DNA from: an uncultured cyanobacterium
GTDB lineage: Bacteria; Cyanobacteriota; Cyanobacteriia; Cyanobacteriales; CAWUOF01
Direction: 5' to 3'
NCBI GenBank assembly: GCA_963744145.1
Contig: CAVUSO010000001.1
Location: 576,001-640,000 of the forward strand
DNA: 64,000 nucleotides
Shown piece by piece: positions 42,390 through 54,853 of the stretch. Every line of letters starts with the position of its first letter. The first letter of the stretch is position 1. A program made the position numbers and the translations under genes. Below the pieces are notes generated by a model that saw nothing but the letters and a program-made list of their open reading frames with translations, did no database searches and was not told the origin of the DNA.

Positions 42390-43862
42390 ATGAAAATTAA
42401 TAATTTTTTATTATTTAATTTCTTGATACCGGGAGGTTTTTTTATCTTTGTGTTGGTCTTTATGCCGATCGCACAAGTATTTCATTTTGATGTTAATGAT
42501 GAAGGGATTGAATTAATTAAAGCTGCTTTATATGCTAAAGGGTTTACTTTATATGAGGATATTTGGAACGATCAACCACCGCTTTTAACTGTTATTTTAG
42601 CATTTTGGCTGAGTAGTTTTGGCAAATCTATTTTCGCAGCCAGACTGTTAACTTTATGTTTTGCCACTATTCTGATCTGGTCTTTCTGTCAAACCCTGCG
42701 GATTTATGTAGGTAATCGATTAGCGATTATTAGTGTTCTGTTACTAATGATTTCTGGTAATTTTCTGAATCTGAGTGTTTCCGTTATGTTTGGTCTGCCC
42801 GCTTTAGCGATGGCAATGCTATCAGTTTATACTTTAATTATTTATCAACAAGAACAAAAATATGACTATTTGATTATGCTTTCAGGTATTTTTCTGGGGC
42901 TGTCTTTGCAAATCAAGTTATTTACAGCGTTGCTGATTCCTTTGATGTTATTGGAAATGATTAAACCGCGCTTAAGTCATAAATTGTTATGGCAGAAAAT
43001 TATCCTATGGTTAACTGCTTTATTGCTCAGTTTTATCTTGGTGGGTATTGCTTGTAATTCCTTCAATTATCAACAGTTAATTGATACTCATATGGGAGAT
43101 AATGTTAAAGCTGCGTTTGCCCAAGAAAATAGTCTCCAAATCACATTTACACTTTTATTGCAAGATTTTGATTATGTTCTTTTAGCAATCCTAGGAGCGA
43201 TCGCGATCTGGCAAAAAAGACAATGGGAGAAACTATTTCCCCTCTCTTGGTTACTTTTAGGGATAATTTTGTTAATCAATCATCGACCAGTTTGGTATCA
43301 CCATTATCTATTAGTTTCCATTCCCTTAACCTGGTTAGCTACCTATGGAATTGCCTTGTCTGCTGATTTTTTTCAACAAAATGGTTGGTATTTTAAATTT
43401 ACTTTAGCCAAATTTAAAAACTTAAGTTTATCTGGTGTTGCAGCTAGTTTGGTGATTCTTTCTCTCTTACTGATTCCGGTTAAAATCAGCGTAATTCACT
43501 GGCAAAATAATCAGTATGTAGCAGAAAGTAATAGTAAAAATTATGTTGTTAATCTTATGTTAGAGTATAAACCAGTTACCAAATGGGTATTTACAGACTG
43601 TCCGATTTATGCTTTTTATGCAGATTTACTTGTCCCACCCGAAATTGCTGTGCTTTCCAAAATTCGAGTCGAGTCAAAAACTATTACAGTTGATGAGATG
43701 ATCAGACTTTTGCAAACCTATCAGCCCGAACAAGCTTTATTTTGTAAGTTTAAACATCTTCATCGTGATTTAAGTAATTATCTCCAGGCACACTATACCA
43801 AAAATTATCAAGCGGATGGGATAACTCATTATTTGTTAAAAGGGTTAAATTTATCGAAATAA
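42390..43862 (+). CDS. GT-C fold membrane glycosyltransferase (ArnT/PMT family 39-like)
   Basis: Multi-TM; NDEG, YEDIWNDQPPL, ARLLT, PVWYHHY. Confidence 0.8.
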   Translation: MKINNFLLFNFLIPGGFFIFVLVFMPIAQVFHFDVNDEGIELIKAALYAKGFTLYEDIWNDQPPLLTVILAFWLSSFGKSIFAARLLTLCFATILIWSFCQTLRIYVGNRLAIISVLLLMISGNFLNLSVSVMFGLPALAMAMLSVYTLIIYQQEQKYDYLIMLSGIFLGLSLQIKLFTALLIPLMLLEMIKPRLSHKLLWQKIILWLTALLLSFILVGIACNSFNYQQLIDTHMGDNVKAAFAQENSLQITFTLLLQDFDYVLLAILGAIAIWQKRQWEKLFPLSWLLLGIILLINHRPVWYHHYLLVSIPLTWLATYGIALSADFFQQNGWYFKFTLAKFKNLSLSGVAASLVILSLLLIPVKISVIHWQNNQYVAESNSKNYVVNLMLEYKPVTKWVFTDCPIYAFYADLLVPPEIAVLSKIRVESKTITVDEMIRLLQTYQPEQALFCKFKHLHRDLSNYLQAHYTKNYQADGITHYLLKGLNLSK

Positions 43863-43986
43863 TAGACTTCTTGCAAAAATAACTAGGACAGGCATCTTGC
43901 CTGTCCCACAAGAGTTTTTTTGGTTGTGGGACAGGCATCTTGCCTGTCCAGTAAATTGATCAACATGACTTTTGCTTTCTTGTTTA
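43863..43986 (-). mobile_element. ~125-bp MITE-like element, copy B (inverted relative to A)
   Basis: Reverse complement aligns end to end with 42095-42218. Confidence 0.7.
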
Positions 43987-44061
43987 ATGATCTGATTAAC
44001 AGCAGATATTAGCTATAATCGTTTCTGCCAAAAAGAAGATTTCTGCTAAAAATTATCTACC

Positions 44062-45066
44062 ATGACTACTATCCAACTCAGCGATCTCGAAGCCCAATTA
44101 GAAAATCTCCGTCAAGCAGCTGCCAGTGCGATCGCTCAAGCTAATACATTAGAAGAGCTGGAAGAACTCAGGATCGGGTATTTGGGCAAAAAAGGACAAA
44201 TATCCAAAGTTTTAGGTAGCATGGGAAAATTAGACCCAAGCGATCGCCCCCGCATCGGAGCCCGAGCTAATGAAGTCAAGGAAGCAGTCCAAACCGACTT
44301 AGAAACTAAACGTAACGATTTACAAACTGCCCAAATCCAAGCCAAGCTAAAATCAGAAACAATTGATGTTAGTATGCCCGGGGTATATTGTCCCCAAGGT
44401 CGAGTTCATCCTTTAAATGGTGTGATCGATCGAGTATTAGATATCTTTGTGGGACTTGGTTACACCGTGGCCACCGGCCCAGAAATGGAAACAGATTATT
44501 ATAACTTTGAAGCTTTAAATACTCCCCCAGATCATCCAGCGCGAGATATGCAAGATACCTTCTACCTACCTGATGGTAATCTGATGCGAACTCATACATC
44601 ATCAGTGCAAATTCGCTATATGGAAAGTCATCAACCACCAGTGCGAATTGTTGCTCCTGGACGTTGTTGTCGTCGTGATACAGTTGATGCTACTCATGCT
44701 GCGGTGTTCCATCAAATTGAAATTTTAGCAGTAGATGAAGGTTTAACCTTTACCGATCTCAAAGGTACGATCAAAGAATTTTTAAGACAAATGTTTGGTG
44801 AATTACCAATTCGGTTTCGGGCTAGTTATTTTCCCTTTACAGAACCTTCAGCCGAAGTAGATTTACAATGGAAAGGAAAATGGTTAGAAGTAATGGGATG
44901 TGGAATGGTTGATCCAAATGTTCTCAAAGCTGTCGGTTATGATTCCGAAAAATATACTGGATTTGCCGCAGGTTTTGGAGCTGAAAGATTTGCCATGGTT
45001 TTACACCAAATTGATGATATTCGTCGCGTATATGCCAGTGATTTGCGTTTTTTAAGACAATTTTAA
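44062..45066 (+). CDS. pheS: phenylalanine-tRNA ligase alpha subunit
   Basis: [33 protein letters not shown]. Confidence 0.98.
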   Translation: MTTIQLSDLEAQLENLRQAAASAIAQANTLEELEELRIGYLGKKGQISKVLGSMGKLDPSDRPRIGARANEVKEAVQTDLETKRNDLQTAQIQAKLKSETIDVSMPGVYCPQGRVHPLNGVIDRVLDIFVGLGYTVATGPEMETDYYNFEALNTPPDHPARDMQDTFYLPDGNLMRTHTSSVQIRYMESHQPPVRIVAPGRCCRRDTVDATHAAVFHQIEILAVDEGLTFTDLKGTIKEFLRQMFGELPIRFRASYFPFTEPSAEVDLQWKGKWLEVMGCGMVDPNVLKAVGYDSEKYTGFAAGFGAERFAMVLHQIDDIRRVYASDLRFLRQF

Positions 45067-48000
45067 GCCAGTAATTTCCAACTGGTTAAGTCGGTGAATC
45101 AGAAAATTAGTAGCATTTTCAGTATTAAGAGGTTTACTAAACAAAAAACCTTGCATTTCTTTGCAGTTGAGATTTAGTAATAAGTCTCGCTGCGCTGCTG
45201 TTTCTACACCTTCAGCAACGACACTAAGATTAAGACATTGAGCTAAAGTGATAATGGCACGAATGATCGCAGCATCTTCGGAACTTTGTTCTAATTCCCT
45301 GACAAAGCTACGATCAATTTTGAGGGTGTGGAAGGGAAACTTTTTCAAATAGTTGAGGGAAGCATAACCAATCCCAAAATCATCCATTGATAAATGCACA
45401 CCCATTGCTCTTAATTCCCTGAGTACAGTTCGAGTAAAATCAACATCTCGCATGGCTGTTGTTTCGGTAATTTCTAATTCTAAAAGGTGAGGTTCTAAAC
45501 CTGTATGTGCTAAAATATTGGCGATCGTTTCAACTACATTAGGCTGCTGAAACTGTCGAGCTGAAAGGTTTACAGCTACACGGACTTTACCTAATTTCGC
45601 CTGTTGCCAAGCTTTATTTTGAGCGCAAGCTGTCTTTAATACCCATTCTCCAATGGAGAGGATTAAACCATTATCCTCAGCTAAGGGGATAAACTCATCT
45701 GGAGCAATTAAACCTAATTTTGGATGTTGCCAACGGACTAGGGCTTCCATTCTAGTAATCATCCCTGTCTCGACATTAATCTGAGGTTGATAATAAACTA
45801 AAAATTCTTCTCGTTCTAAGGCTGGGTGAAGATTATTTTCCAAGATTAATAACTCGGAAGCTTTAGAGTTCATCGCTTGATCATAAAGCTGAAAATTATT
45901 TCGTCCGTTGTCTTTGGCTCGGTATAATGCAAAATCAGCATTTTTGATTAAGGTTTCTGCATCAGTACCGTCACTGGGGTAAAGAGCAATCCCAATACTA
46001 CAAGTTATATAAAGTTGATTTCCTTCAATATAAAAAGCTGGTTGTAAAGATTCGAGAATCCGTCCAGCTACTTTGGCTGCATCTTCATGAGTGTTGACAT
46101 GGGGAAGTAGTAAGATGAATTCATCTCCCCCCCAACGGGCAATGGTATCACCTTCTCGCAGACAATGATGCAGTCGAGTAGCAGTATGTTGTAATAATTG
46201 ATCACCGATCGCGTGACCGAGACTATCGTTGATGAGTTTGAAGCGATCTAAATCTAAAAAACAAACAGCTAGTTTATGTCCTCGAGTTTTAGCATTTTCT
46301 AAAGCTATTGGTAAACGATGATCAAAAAGCATCCGATTGGGAAGATTAGTTAAGCGATCGTGAAAAGCTTGATGTCGCATCATTTCTTCCGCTTGATAAC
46401 GCTGGAGTGATCCACCAATACTAGCGGCGATCGCCATTAAAATTAGTTCTTCACCTTTAGTCCAATATCGATGATGATGACAATCATCAAAACCGACATA
46501 ACCCCAAAATTTCTGATTAACTAGAATTGGCACCATCAAAATTGACAGAATCCCATATTGTTCGAGAAATTGTCGGGTTAAGGGGGGAAAATCTCTAGTT
46601 AATCCATTCACACTTATTCCCATCGATAAAGTTTCATAAACAAAGGTCATCCCTAAATTATGATAGGGCTGATTTTGTCGGGATGGTTGATTAATTGTCG
46701 GTTCAATCAAATCCCTTGTCCACTCAAACCTCATGCTAGTGGCAATTTCTTGAGTGGGATGATGGGGATGAGTTTCACAGATATATACTCGGTCAACTCC
46801 CGCAGTTTTTCCGAGAGTCTCTAATGCTTTCATCACCGCTTGTTTATGATTGGAATCAGTCAAGAGATAATTCATTGCTTCCGCGATACCTTGTAATAAA
46901 ATATCGCGTTTAAATAGCTCATTTTCTGCTTCTTTACGCTGGGTAATATCTTCAACAGTACCTTCGTACCCCAGGAGCTGATTATGTTCATCGCGAATCG
47001 CTCGCGCATTTTCAGAAATCCAAATTATACTTCTATCTTTCCGATAAATTTGGGACTCAAAATTCCAAACTGCATCATTTTTTTGGAGGATTTTCATAAA
47101 CTCAATGCGTCGATTTGGATCGACATATAGTTGCTGTTCAATATCCCTAACAGTCGAGATTAATTCGCTGGGAGAATCATAACCATAAATCCGAGCTAAC
47201 ATCGGGTTAGCGATCAAATAATTACCATCAGTAGTGGTTTGAAAAATTCCTTCAACCGCATTTTCAAAAATACTGCGATATTTGGCTTCAGCTTGACGTA
47301 ATGCTTCTTCCGATTTTTTCCGTTCAGTAATATCTTCTTGCACCCAAATCCAATAATTATTACCAGATATCTCTAGCACACTAATATGAGCATAAGTAGT
47401 TAACAGTGTGCCATCTTTTTTCTGGTTATTTAACTCTCCAATCCAAGCTCCTTGTTGATTTAATTTTTTAATAATCTTAGCGATAATTTTAGCATTCTCT
47501 TCGGGTGGTTCAGCAGCTAAAATTGAGATGGGCTGACCTTTCAATTCATCTTTTTCATATCCAAACATCTGCTCAAAGGCTAAATTAGTAAAGCAGATGA
47601 CTCCATTCTCATCAGATACGGTGACACCTTCAACCATTTTCTCTAATACTCTAGCTTGAATTTTGAGAGATTCTTCTGCTTGTTTACGTTCAGTAATATC
47701 TGTAATAAATCCTTCTAAACCTAGCACTTTTCCTGTATGGTCAAATATCCCACTACCTTTTTCCCATAGCCATTTTTCTTGACCTATTTTAGTGAAAATT
47801 CTATATTCTACTATATATGGTTGTTGGTTCGCGATCGCCAGATCAATTGCTTGTAAAATTTTTGGTAAATCTTCTGGATGGGTAATTTCATGATAAGAAA
47901 TCAGCTTATTTTTGCCGACAAGTTCTTTACTTGTATATCCAGTTAAATGTAAGCAACCTTCGCTTAGATAGATAATTGACCATTCAGAATCATGAGTACA

Positions 48001-49194
48001 AGAGAAAACTATTCCCGGTAAAGAATCAACTAGACTTTTAAGTTTCCTTTGACTTTCACCTAATGCTAATTCTGCTTGTTTGCGCCCAATGACTTCTCCT
48101 AATTGATGAGCTACGGTGAGAACTAATTCAATTATATGCTGGTCTTCTGTCCGAGATGCAAACATAAAAAATACCAAAACTGCTAATACTTGTTCATTGG
48201 CAATGATGGGAATTCCTAGTGCAGATTTAAGCCCAATTTTTTTAGCAATTTTAGCTCGGAAAAAACTTTCATCCGGTTCTTGAGAAACATCTTGGTGCCA
48301 TTCTGGCTGTTTACAGAACCAAACTCTTCCTGGTATTCCCATATTGGAGGAGAAGGTTAAACTCTCACTCCAGGTTCTAAATTTTGCTAAGAGAAATTTT
48401 GGTGGTAAGGTAGCACAACAGATAGATGAATTTAGCTCATACTGTTCGCTAGCGATCGCTTGACGAAATATTTCCTGAGCTAAATCTGCTGCTAATTCAG
48501 AATTCAAGTTAGCACCCGACTGATCTTCGAGACCCGATCCATACCAAGCTGGACTACATTTCAGCAGATTATCCTTTGGAGATGGCACCCAAGCTTCTCC
48601 ATAATCCCAACCTGTAGCTTGACATACTTGAGCGATCGCCATCCCTAAAGTAGCATGAAAATCTGGTGCATTAGCGATCGCTAATGTAATATTTTGTAAT
48701 AATCTGATTTCTGCTTCGAGCCGCTTATGTTCAGTAATGTCTTGGCAAAATCCAATAATTTTCGATATATTACCATCTGGGGCAAACGCTGGAGTCAGAG
48801 TAGTTCGGAGCATATAACAGCCATGCTCTACTTTAAAATAGGCTTCATAAGTAATTGCTTGACGAGTTTGAATACAGTGAATTAAGTTTACCCTAATCGT
48901 TAAGAATGTATCTGAGCTAAAACACTCCTGAAGCGGTACATTTTGTTGATCTCGGTAGATAGACAGCATTTTTCTCGCCGCCAAATTAGCTGTATGTAAA
49001 TGAAAATCTAAAGACTTAACCGAAATACTTCCCTTAGAGATATCTCCAGATTCAATCCAATTAACGTCTATGATGAAGATTCCGTCTGAACTATGCTCAA
49101 AAACGGCGAACATGGCCATCACCTGTTCGCAAAGCACATCTTTACCACACCTACTTGGACTGATCACCTGCTCATTTTTATTTCTTGGTGGCAT
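45052..49194 (-). CDS. PAS/GAF sensor diguanylate cyclase/phosphodiesterase (GGDEF-EAL)
   Basis: Several PAS/PAC and two GAF regions, REGD I-site plus GGDEF, EALVRW, DDFGIGY. Confidence 0.95.
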   Translation of the reverse strand: MPPRNKNEQVISPSRCGKDVLCEQVMAMFAVFEHSSDGIFIIDVNWIESGDISKGSISVKSLDFHLHTANLAARKMLSIYRDQQNVPLQECFSSDTFLTIRVNLIHCIQTRQAITYEAYFKVEHGCYMLRTTLTPAFAPDGNISKIIGFCQDITEHKRLEAEIRLLQNITLAIANAPDFHATLGMAIAQVCQATGWDYGEAWVPSPKDNLLKCSPAWYGSGLEDQSGANLNSELAADLAQEIFRQAIASEQYELNSSICCATLPPKFLLAKFRTWSESLTFSSNMGIPGRVWFCKQPEWHQDVSQEPDESFFRAKIAKKIGLKSALGIPIIANEQVLAVLVFFMFASRTEDQHIIELVLTVAHQLGEVIGRKQAELALGESQRKLKSLVDSLPGIVFSCTHDSEWSIIYLSEGCLHLTGYTSKELVGKNKLISYHEITHPEDLPKILQAIDLAIANQQPYIVEYRIFTKIGQEKWLWEKGSGIFDHTGKVLGLEGFITDITERKQAEESLKIQARVLEKMVEGVTVSDENGVICFTNLAFEQMFGYEKDELKGQPISILAAEPPEENAKIIAKIIKKLNQQGAWIGELNNQKKDGTLLTTYAHISVLEISGNNYWIWVQEDITERKKSEEALRQAEAKYRSIFENAVEGIFQTTTDGNYLIANPMLARIYGYDSPSELISTVRDIEQQLYVDPNRRIEFMKILQKNDAVWNFESQIYRKDRSIIWISENARAIRDEHNQLLGYEGTVEDITQRKEAENELFKRDILLQGIAEAMNYLLTDSNHKQAVMKALETLGKTAGVDRVYICETHPHHPTQEIATSMRFEWTRDLIEPTINQPSRQNQPYHNLGMTFVYETLSMGISVNGLTRDFPPLTRQFLEQYGILSILMVPILVNQKFWGYVGFDDCHHHRYWTKGEELILMAIAASIGGSLQRYQAEEMMRHQAFHDRLTNLPNRMLFDHRLPIALENAKTRGHKLAVCFLDLDRFKLINDSLGHAIGDQLLQHTATRLHHCLREGDTIARWGGDEFILLLPHVNTHEDAAKVAGRILESLQPAFYIEGNQLYITCSIGIALYPSDGTDAETLIKNADFALYRAKDNGRNNFQLYDQAMNSKASELLILENNLHPALEREEFLVYYQPQINVETGMITRMEALVRWQHPKLGLIAPDEFIPLAEDNGLILSIGEWVLKTACAQNKAWQQAKLGKVRVAVNLSARQFQQPNVVETIANILAHTGLEPHLLELEITETTAMRDVDFTRTVLRELRAMGVHLSMDDFGIGYASLNYLKKFPFHTLKIDRSFVRELEQSSEDAAIIRAIITLAQCLNLSVVAEGVETAAQRDLLLNLNCKEMQGFLFSKPLNTENATNFLIHRLNQLEITGLKLS

Positions 49195-49493
49195 ATTTAT
49201 GATATTTTTTAAGTCAACTTTCTACGGTAAAGCGGAATCTAGCCAAGATTCCGCAACAAATTACACCAAAATTTCAGCTAGATCCCAAAAAAAAGCTGAA
49301 AACCCAGCCCAACCCTATTGTTTTTTGGCTATAACATGGAGATTACTCTTTTAATTCTTAAGATTTTTTTAAACTTGCTGTCAATCACGTTAAATTTATT
49401 TTTTACCTGCAAACCAATTTTGGCAAAAATTCGCCATACTGAAACTAAAGAGACACCGCGACCAATCCCTGCTACTTTAGCCCAGAAGTCCAA

Positions 49494-50000
49494 ATGAACC
49501 GTAAAACTAAGTCTTCCACTTTAAATTATACCTACCTGGCAATTATCGGTGGCGTTTTTATTTTGGGAATTGGGATCGGCATTGCTTTTAGTTCTAGCGC
49601 TAATTTAAGTGCAGAAAATGTTGCGTCCCGAGATTTTATTGACCGTACTGCCCCTAATCCTGAGCTTTGCGCTCAATATGGTGCTAGTGCCATGGTGATG
49701 GATACTCGCATTTTTGTCACTCTCAATCCTTTTAATGTTTATGTAGCTCAACCGAGTATGCGTCCAGGGTGTGTTTTGCGTAGCAATAACTGGGCGATTT
49801 TAGAACAACGACAACTGCTCACCTCTGATCAGGTGCGCGATTGTCGAAATCGGATGAATACTTTTGGTTTCACTGATGAGTTAAATAAACCAGGAGCGAA
49901 AGAGCAAATTAATTGTATTTACCAAAATAGTGCTGCTAAAAATTTCTTCCTTAATCAACCTGGAGCAGGTGCCCCACCATCGGAAAGTAATCAATTTTAG
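49494..50000 (+). CDS. DUF3172 domain protein
   Basis: TM, NPELCAQYGASA, LNPFNVYV, MNTFGF. Confidence 0.85.
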   Translation: MNRKTKSSTLNYTYLAIIGGVFILGIGIGIAFSSSANLSAENVASRDFIDRTAPNPELCAQYGASAMVMDTRIFVTLNPFNVYVAQPSMRPGCVLRSNNWAILEQRQLLTSDQVRDCRNRMNTFGFTDELNKPGAKEQINCIYQNSAAKNFFLNQPGAGAPPSESNQF

Positions 50001-50019
50001 TTAGATGGTAGATGCTCTC

Positions 50020-50045
50020 AGGGGTGTATGAGTTCATACACCCCT
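50020..50045. terminator. perfect inverted repeat between convergent genes, possible bidirectional terminator
   Basis: AGGGGTGTATGA-gt-TCATACACCCCT followed by a T-rich tract. Confidence 0.6.
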
Positions 50046-50062
50046 ATTATTTTTATCTGCGA

Positions 50063-50380
50063 TTAAATTAAGGGTTGTAATTCCTGCACAATTTTGGCTG
50101 CAGGAACCACACCTTCAATCCGATGCTGTTCTTGAGCATTTTTAAATAAGACCAGAGTTGGTAAAGCTTGAATGCGATGTTGGGAAGCAATTTGCGGATA
50201 TTTATCAGTGTCAATTTTTACTACCATCAAGCGAGCGTTCATCTGACTATTCACCTGCTCTAAAATCGGAGCCATCATCTGACAAGGACCACACCAAGTT
50301 GCATAGAAATCTACTAATACCGGTGTTTCCGAATTTGCAAGTAAATCCTGAAAACTGGTGAATTGTTTTTTGACTGACAT
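50063..50380 (-). CDS. trxA: thioredoxin
   Basis: LVDFYATWCGPC, LPTL. Confidence 0.9.
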   Translation of the reverse strand: MSVKKQFTSFQDLLANSETPVLVDFYATWCGPCQMMAPILEQVNSQMNARLMVVKIDTDKYPQIASQHRIQALPTLVLFKNAQEQHRIEGVVPAAKIVQELQPLI

Positions 50381-50573
50381 AGTACAAAACCGGAGTTATT
50401 TGTGTACACTTAACTATTTTAATATAATTTTAAGGAAACACCACGCCATAATTATCCCAGCTAAATGTTTTAATTTCATTTTCTTGAGATATTATTACTT
50501 ACATTTCTTAATTACAGTGATCACATAAATCACTTACACTCTAGCTAGTTTAGAAATATCAGAGGAGCAATTG

Positions 50574-51338
50574 ATGGAAGTATTGCCAGAAAATCTGCAA
50601 AGATTACGGGGACAGGTAGCGATCGTGACTGGAGGAGCGCGAGGAATTGGTCGTGCAACTGCTTTAGCTTTAGCAACAGAGGGAGCGTATTTAGTTGTCA
50701 ATTATGCCAATTCTAGCACAGCTGCCCAGGAAATAGTTACAGAAATTAAAGCAGGGGGAGGAGATGCGATCGCCATTCAAGGAGATGTTTCCCAACCAGA
50801 ACAAGTAGAAGCTCTCTTTAGTGCGACAACTGCTAAATGGAATCGGGTCGATATATTAGTCAACAATGCTGGCATTACCCGTGATACTTTATTATTACGC
50901 ATGAAAACCGAGGATTGGCAAGCTGTAATTGATCTAAACTTGACTGGAGTTTTCTTTTGTACCAGAGCCGCTAGTAAATTAATGCTCAAGCAAAAATCTG
51001 GTCGTATTATCAATATTACCTCAGTTGCAGGACAAATGGGCAATCCCGGACAAGCTAATTATAGTGCAGCAAAAGCCGGAGTAATTGGATTTACCAAAAC
51101 TGTAGCTAAAGAACTCGCAAGTCGAGGAATTACTGTCAATGCTGTAGCTCCCGGATTTATTGCTACTGACATGACTAAAAATCTCAAGTCAGATGATATT
51201 CTGAAATATATTCCTCTCGGTCGTTACGGACAACCCGAAGAAATTGCTGGAATGGTGCGTTTTTTAGCTGCTGATCCAACCGGAGCATATATTACAGGAC
51301 AAGTCTTTAATGTCGATGGTGGAATGGTAATGGCTTAA
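50574..51338 (+). CDS. fabG: 3-oxoacyl-ACP reductase
   Basis: TGGARGIG, NNAGITRD, NYSAAK, NVDGG. Confidence 0.93.
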   Translation: MEVLPENLQRLRGQVAIVTGGARGIGRATALALATEGAYLVVNYANSSTAAQEIVTEIKAGGGDAIAIQGDVSQPEQVEALFSATTAKWNRVDILVNNAGITRDTLLLRMKTEDWQAVIDLNLTGVFFCTRAASKLMLKQKSGRIINITSVAGQMGNPGQANYSAAKAGVIGFTKTVAKELASRGITVNAVAPGFIATDMTKNLKSDDILKYIPLGRYGQPEEIAGMVRFLAADPTGAYITGQVFNVDGGMVMA

Positions 51339-51367
51339 ATGTGGGACAGTCATCTTGACTGTCCTCG

Positions 51368-52195
51368 TTATTTTTTCTTTATTTGCTGCCGTAATGCTGC
51401 TAAAATTTGTCGTTTATATGTAATAAATTCTGGTGTTAATTTCAGCTCAAGATGATGGGGCTCTGGTAAGTCAATCATCAAGTGATCTTGGAGGGAACCA
51501 GGATTACTTTGCATGATATAAATTCGCTGAGATAGGAAAATTGCTTCATCAACATCATGGGTAATCATTAATACAGTAACCTGCGTTTTTTCCCATAAAT
51601 CTATCAAAAATTCTTGCATTTGTTCCCGAGTTTGAGCGTCAAGTGCCCCAAAAGGCTCATCCATTAATAATACTTCCGGTTCATTTGCTAAAGCTCTAGC
51701 GATCGCAACTCGTTGTTTCATTCCTCCTGACAACTGTTTTGGATAAACATTAGCAAATTTAGTTAAACCAATAATTTCTAAATAGTATCTAATTCGTTCT
51801 TGACGTTCTTTTGGTGATAAAGCTTGAAGTTTATGACCAAATCCAATATTATTAGCTACCGTCAACCAAGGAAACAAATTAGAGGTTTGAAATACCATTC
51901 CTCGATCGGCACCGGGAGCAACTACCACCTCCCCATCTAGCAGGATCTCTCCCGATGAAGGAGGAATTAACCCAGCAATAATATTTAGTAAAGTTGACTT
52001 TCCACAACCTGAAGCACCAACAATAGAGACAAACTCATTAGTATATAAATCAAGATTTATCTGGTCTAAAACTAGGAGATTTTGCTTTTTTCTCCAAAAT
52101 TTTATTCCCCTAGCTGATAATTCAAAGGTTTTAGATAAATTATTAATTTGGAGTTTTGGTTGCTCTTGCTGTTGCCAAATTTCTGAATGTTCCAT
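51368..52195 (-). CDS. ABC transporter ATP-binding protein (NitT/TauT type)
   Basis: GASGCGKST, LSGGMKQR, LLMDEPF. Confidence 0.93.
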   Translation of the reverse strand: MEHSEIWQQQEQPKLQINNLSKTFELSARGIKFWRKKQNLLVLDQINLDLYTNEFVSIVGASGCGKSTLLNIIAGLIPPSSGEILLDGEVVVAPGADRGMVFQTSNLFPWLTVANNIGFGHKLQALSPKERQERIRYYLEIIGLTKFANVYPKQLSGGMKQRVAIARALANEPEVLLMDEPFGALDAQTREQMQEFLIDLWEKTQVTVLMITHDVDEAIFLSQRIYIMQSNPGSLQDHLMIDLPEPHHLELKLTPEFITYKRQILAALRQQIKKK

Positions 52196-52237
52196 GATGA
52201 TTAATTATTGAGCAAAATTAGTAATTTTTTCCATTAC

Positions 52238-53062
52238 CTACAGAACTGTTTCACTCCAAGGTAAAGTCCAGCGTAAAATTAGTTTAAACAGATAATCTAA
52301 TATTAAACCAATTAGACCAATAATTATAATACAGAAAAGCACCTTATCTGTTTGTAAAAAACGCTGAGAATGAATAATTTTAAAGCCCAAGCCATTTTGA
52401 GCGGCAATTAATTCAGAAATAACCAAAAAATTCCAAGCTCCGGCAATATTAACTCTCAATGTATCTAAAATACTAGGAAGGGTAGCAGGTAAAATTACTT
52501 GAAATAACAGACCGAGACGGTTTATTCCTAAAGTATAAGCAGCATAAAGCATTTCCTTGGGAACAAATTTAACAGCATCAGCAATCATCAGGGCATTATA
52601 AAACACAATTCCTAGGAAAATAATGATAATTTTTGCCACTTCTCCTAAACCAGCCCAGAGGATAATTAAAGGCATAAAAGCAGCGATGGGCATATATCTT
52701 GCTATTCCCATTAATGTTCCAAATAAGCTATCCATACTATAAAAAGTTCCCATTAAAATTCCGATGGGAATCCCAACTATAGCAGCTAGAAAAAATCCAG
52801 CTAAAACTCTACTAAAGCTAGTCAAAATATCAACTGTTAAATCCTCTTCAGTAAACATTTTAATTCCTGCTTGGAAGACAGCTGTGGGTGTTGGTAAAAA
52901 TCTAGGATCAACTAATTGATTATAGCTGATCAGTCCCCATAAACCTATAGGTAAGAGGATAGCAATTATAGTTAATAGCCATTGTAACCAGATAGGAAAC
53001 CCCTCACGAATACTCCAAAAAGTTGAGGGTTTTAGATATCTTTTCTGAGGTAATTTGATCAT
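52238..53062 (-). CDS. ABC transporter permease (NitT/TauT type)
   Basis: FLPTP, AAYTLG, AWNFLVISEL. Confidence 0.9.
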   Translation of the reverse strand: MIKLPQKRYLKPSTFWSIREGFPIWLQWLLTIIAILLPIGLWGLISYNQLVDPRFLPTPTAVFQAGIKMFTEEDLTVDILTSFSRVLAGFFLAAIVGIPIGILMGTFYSMDSLFGTLMGIARYMPIAAFMPLIILWAGLGEVAKIIIIFLGIVFYNALMIADAVKFVPKEMLYAAYTLGINRLGLLFQVILPATLPSILDTLRVNIAGAWNFLVISELIAAQNGLGFKIIHSQRFLQTDKVLFCIIIIGLIGLILDYLFKLILRWTLPWSETVL

Positions 53063-54105
53063 GAGGAAATACTGGCTTTGACGAACTGAGGGTCTAATAA
53101 TTGACTTAAATCTGGTAATTTTTCAACTTGTTTTTGGCTAATCAGAAATTCACCGATCGCATTTAAAGAATTTAGCAGATATAATTTGCTTTGCGGATCT
53201 CCTAACATCTTCAGATTAGTATTAGGATCTGGTAATCTAATTCCTTTCAGATCGGTTGCTAAGTCTTCGGGTTTAGTTTGTAGTTCTTTTGCGGCGATCG
53301 CTAATGCTACTTGCGGCTGATCTTCTAAAAACTTAATCCCTTTAAAAATACCCTTAACAAAAGCTGTCACTGCTTGAGGATGAGTCTTAATAAATTCTGT
53401 ACTAAACACATACAAATCTGTAATTGCAGTAGGCATTTTGGTAGAATCATAGATAATTCTTCCATCTTTTTGAGCATGATTTGCTTGTGCTAAAAAAGGA
53501 GCGTAGGTGACAACAATATCAATATTACCAGCTTGATAAGCAGCAGCACCAGATGCAGGATCTGTATTTACTAATGTAACATCTGATGGTGATAATCCTG
53601 CTTCTTTAAGGATTTGGAGTAAAAAAGCGTGACTTACTGCTCCTATTTCTACCGCAATTTTTTTTCCTTTAAAATCAGCTATACTTTTAATTTTATTTCT
53701 GGCTAAAATACCATCACCACCAACCGAATTATCTTGGACTAATACAATCCGAAAATCTTTACCCTTAGATGCTAATAATACTGCTTCAGAAGTTACCGGA
53801 GAATTACCATCTAATTGTCCTGCTAAAAAAGCAGCATTTAGGTCAGTATTTGTCCCAAAAGTTTTCACATCTACTTGTAAATTTTGCTCTTGAAAAAAGC
53901 CCTTTTTCTGAGCAATAAATAATGGTGTTAAGCCAATCCAGCTAACTATACCCAGAGATAAAGCCATTTGTTGTTGATGATCAGAAGTTTGAGACGATCT
54001 TATTGATGGTTGACAAGCTTGTAAGAGGAAAGCTCCTGCTCCATATCCTAAAAACTGAAGTAGATGACGTCTTGACCATTGGTGAGGATTCTGAGGTAAA
54101 TTCAT
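53059..54105 (-). CDS. ABC substrate-binding lipoprotein (NMT1/SsuA-like)
   Basis: SRRHLL twin-Arg-like signal, LQAC lipobox, DFKGKKIAVE. Confidence 0.85.
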   Translation of the reverse strand: MNLPQNPHQWSRRHLLQFLGYGAGAFLLQACQPSIRSSQTSDHQQQMALSLGIVSWIGLTPLFIAQKKGFFQEQNLQVDVKTFGTNTDLNAAFLAGQLDGNSPVTSEAVLLASKGKDFRIVLVQDNSVGGDGILARNKIKSIADFKGKKIAVEIGAVSHAFLLQILKEAGLSPSDVTLVNTDPASGAAAYQAGNIDIVVTYAPFLAQANHAQKDGRIIYDSTKMPTAITDLYVFSTEFIKTHPQAVTAFVKGIFKGIKFLEDQPQVALAIAAKELQTKPEDLATDLKGIRLPDPNTNLKMLGDPQSKLYLLNSLNAIGEFLISQKQVEKLPDLSQLLDPQFVKASISS

Positions 54106-54188
54106 AATTTGGGATAATTTCCTGGTTTAGTCTTGAATATTACTGTACCATCAACCTATTGATTTTCACCTTGATTTAGATGATCATA

Positions 54189-54578
54189 TTACCTATAATC
54201 TGCATGAAACCCAGCCAAGAGAATACCTACTGTTCCTTTGACAGACAATCCCATTACTTTGGCTACTCTTCTAGCTAATTTTTCATCGATAATTACCCAA
54301 TTTGGTTGAATTGAAATTGCTAAGAGAATAACTTCTAATTCTCCTCGATCCAATCCCAGTAACAGAGGTTCAATATTAGATAATAGTGTCACGGATTGGA
54401 CTTCAATCCAACTGGCATTATTTAGCTCAATTGCTCCAGGTTTACTAGCTCCAGAGATCACTACTTCTTGATATACCGCCGCCGGAATAATTACTTGATC
54501 AAATAACTGGTTTAAAAGCTCTAATTGATTAATCAAAGATAGAGCAATAAGCGGTGTAGAATTGACGACAATCTTCAT
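54189..54578 (-). CDS. DUF3368 PIN-like protein, apparently C-terminally truncated
   Basis: [35 protein letters not shown]; ends soon after at 129 aa. Confidence 0.8.
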   Translation of the reverse strand: MKIVVNSTPLIALSLINQLELLNQLFDQVIIPAAVYQEVVISGASKPGAIELNNASWIEVQSVTLLSNIEPLLLGLDRGELEVILLAISIQPNWVIIDEKLARRVAKVMGLSVKGTVGILLAGFHADYR

Positions 54579-54853
54579 TTTGGCTGAATTTTAGCAGCTA
54601 TTTCTCGGCTAGTTTGCACTTCTAATGTCCATTCTTCTTCTGTATAGTCAATGACCGAAAAACCATATTCAGATAAAAGAGTATAAAAAGTGTATTTATC
54701 GCATCCTAATACCTGTGCGCCAATACCTGCCGATATTTTACCTTCTTGATAAAGATGTCCCAAGGTGTAAATTATGACTTTGCGAGAAAATGTCTCTTTT
54801 TCTTCTCTAGCCGCAATTAATAATTCTTCGGGAAATGTCACGTTAATACTCAT
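54575..54853 (-). CDS. UPF0175 family protein (putative antitoxin)
   Basis: [10 protein letters not shown]; 4-nt overlap with the PIN gene. Confidence 0.82.
   Translation of the reverse strand: MSINVTFPEELLIAAREEKETFSRKVIIYTLGHLYQEGKISAGIGAQVLGCDKYTFYTLLSEYGFSVIDYTEEEWTLEVQTSREIAAKIQPK

Noticed and set aside
45052-45066. Convergent 15-bp overlap of pheS and the GGDEF-EAL gene
   Set aside because: Short 3' overlaps are common and nothing indicates a regulatory role
54106-54188. Guanidine-type riboswitch upstream of the NitT/TauT ABC operon
   Set aside because: Only ~80 nt with no recognisable ykkC-type motif
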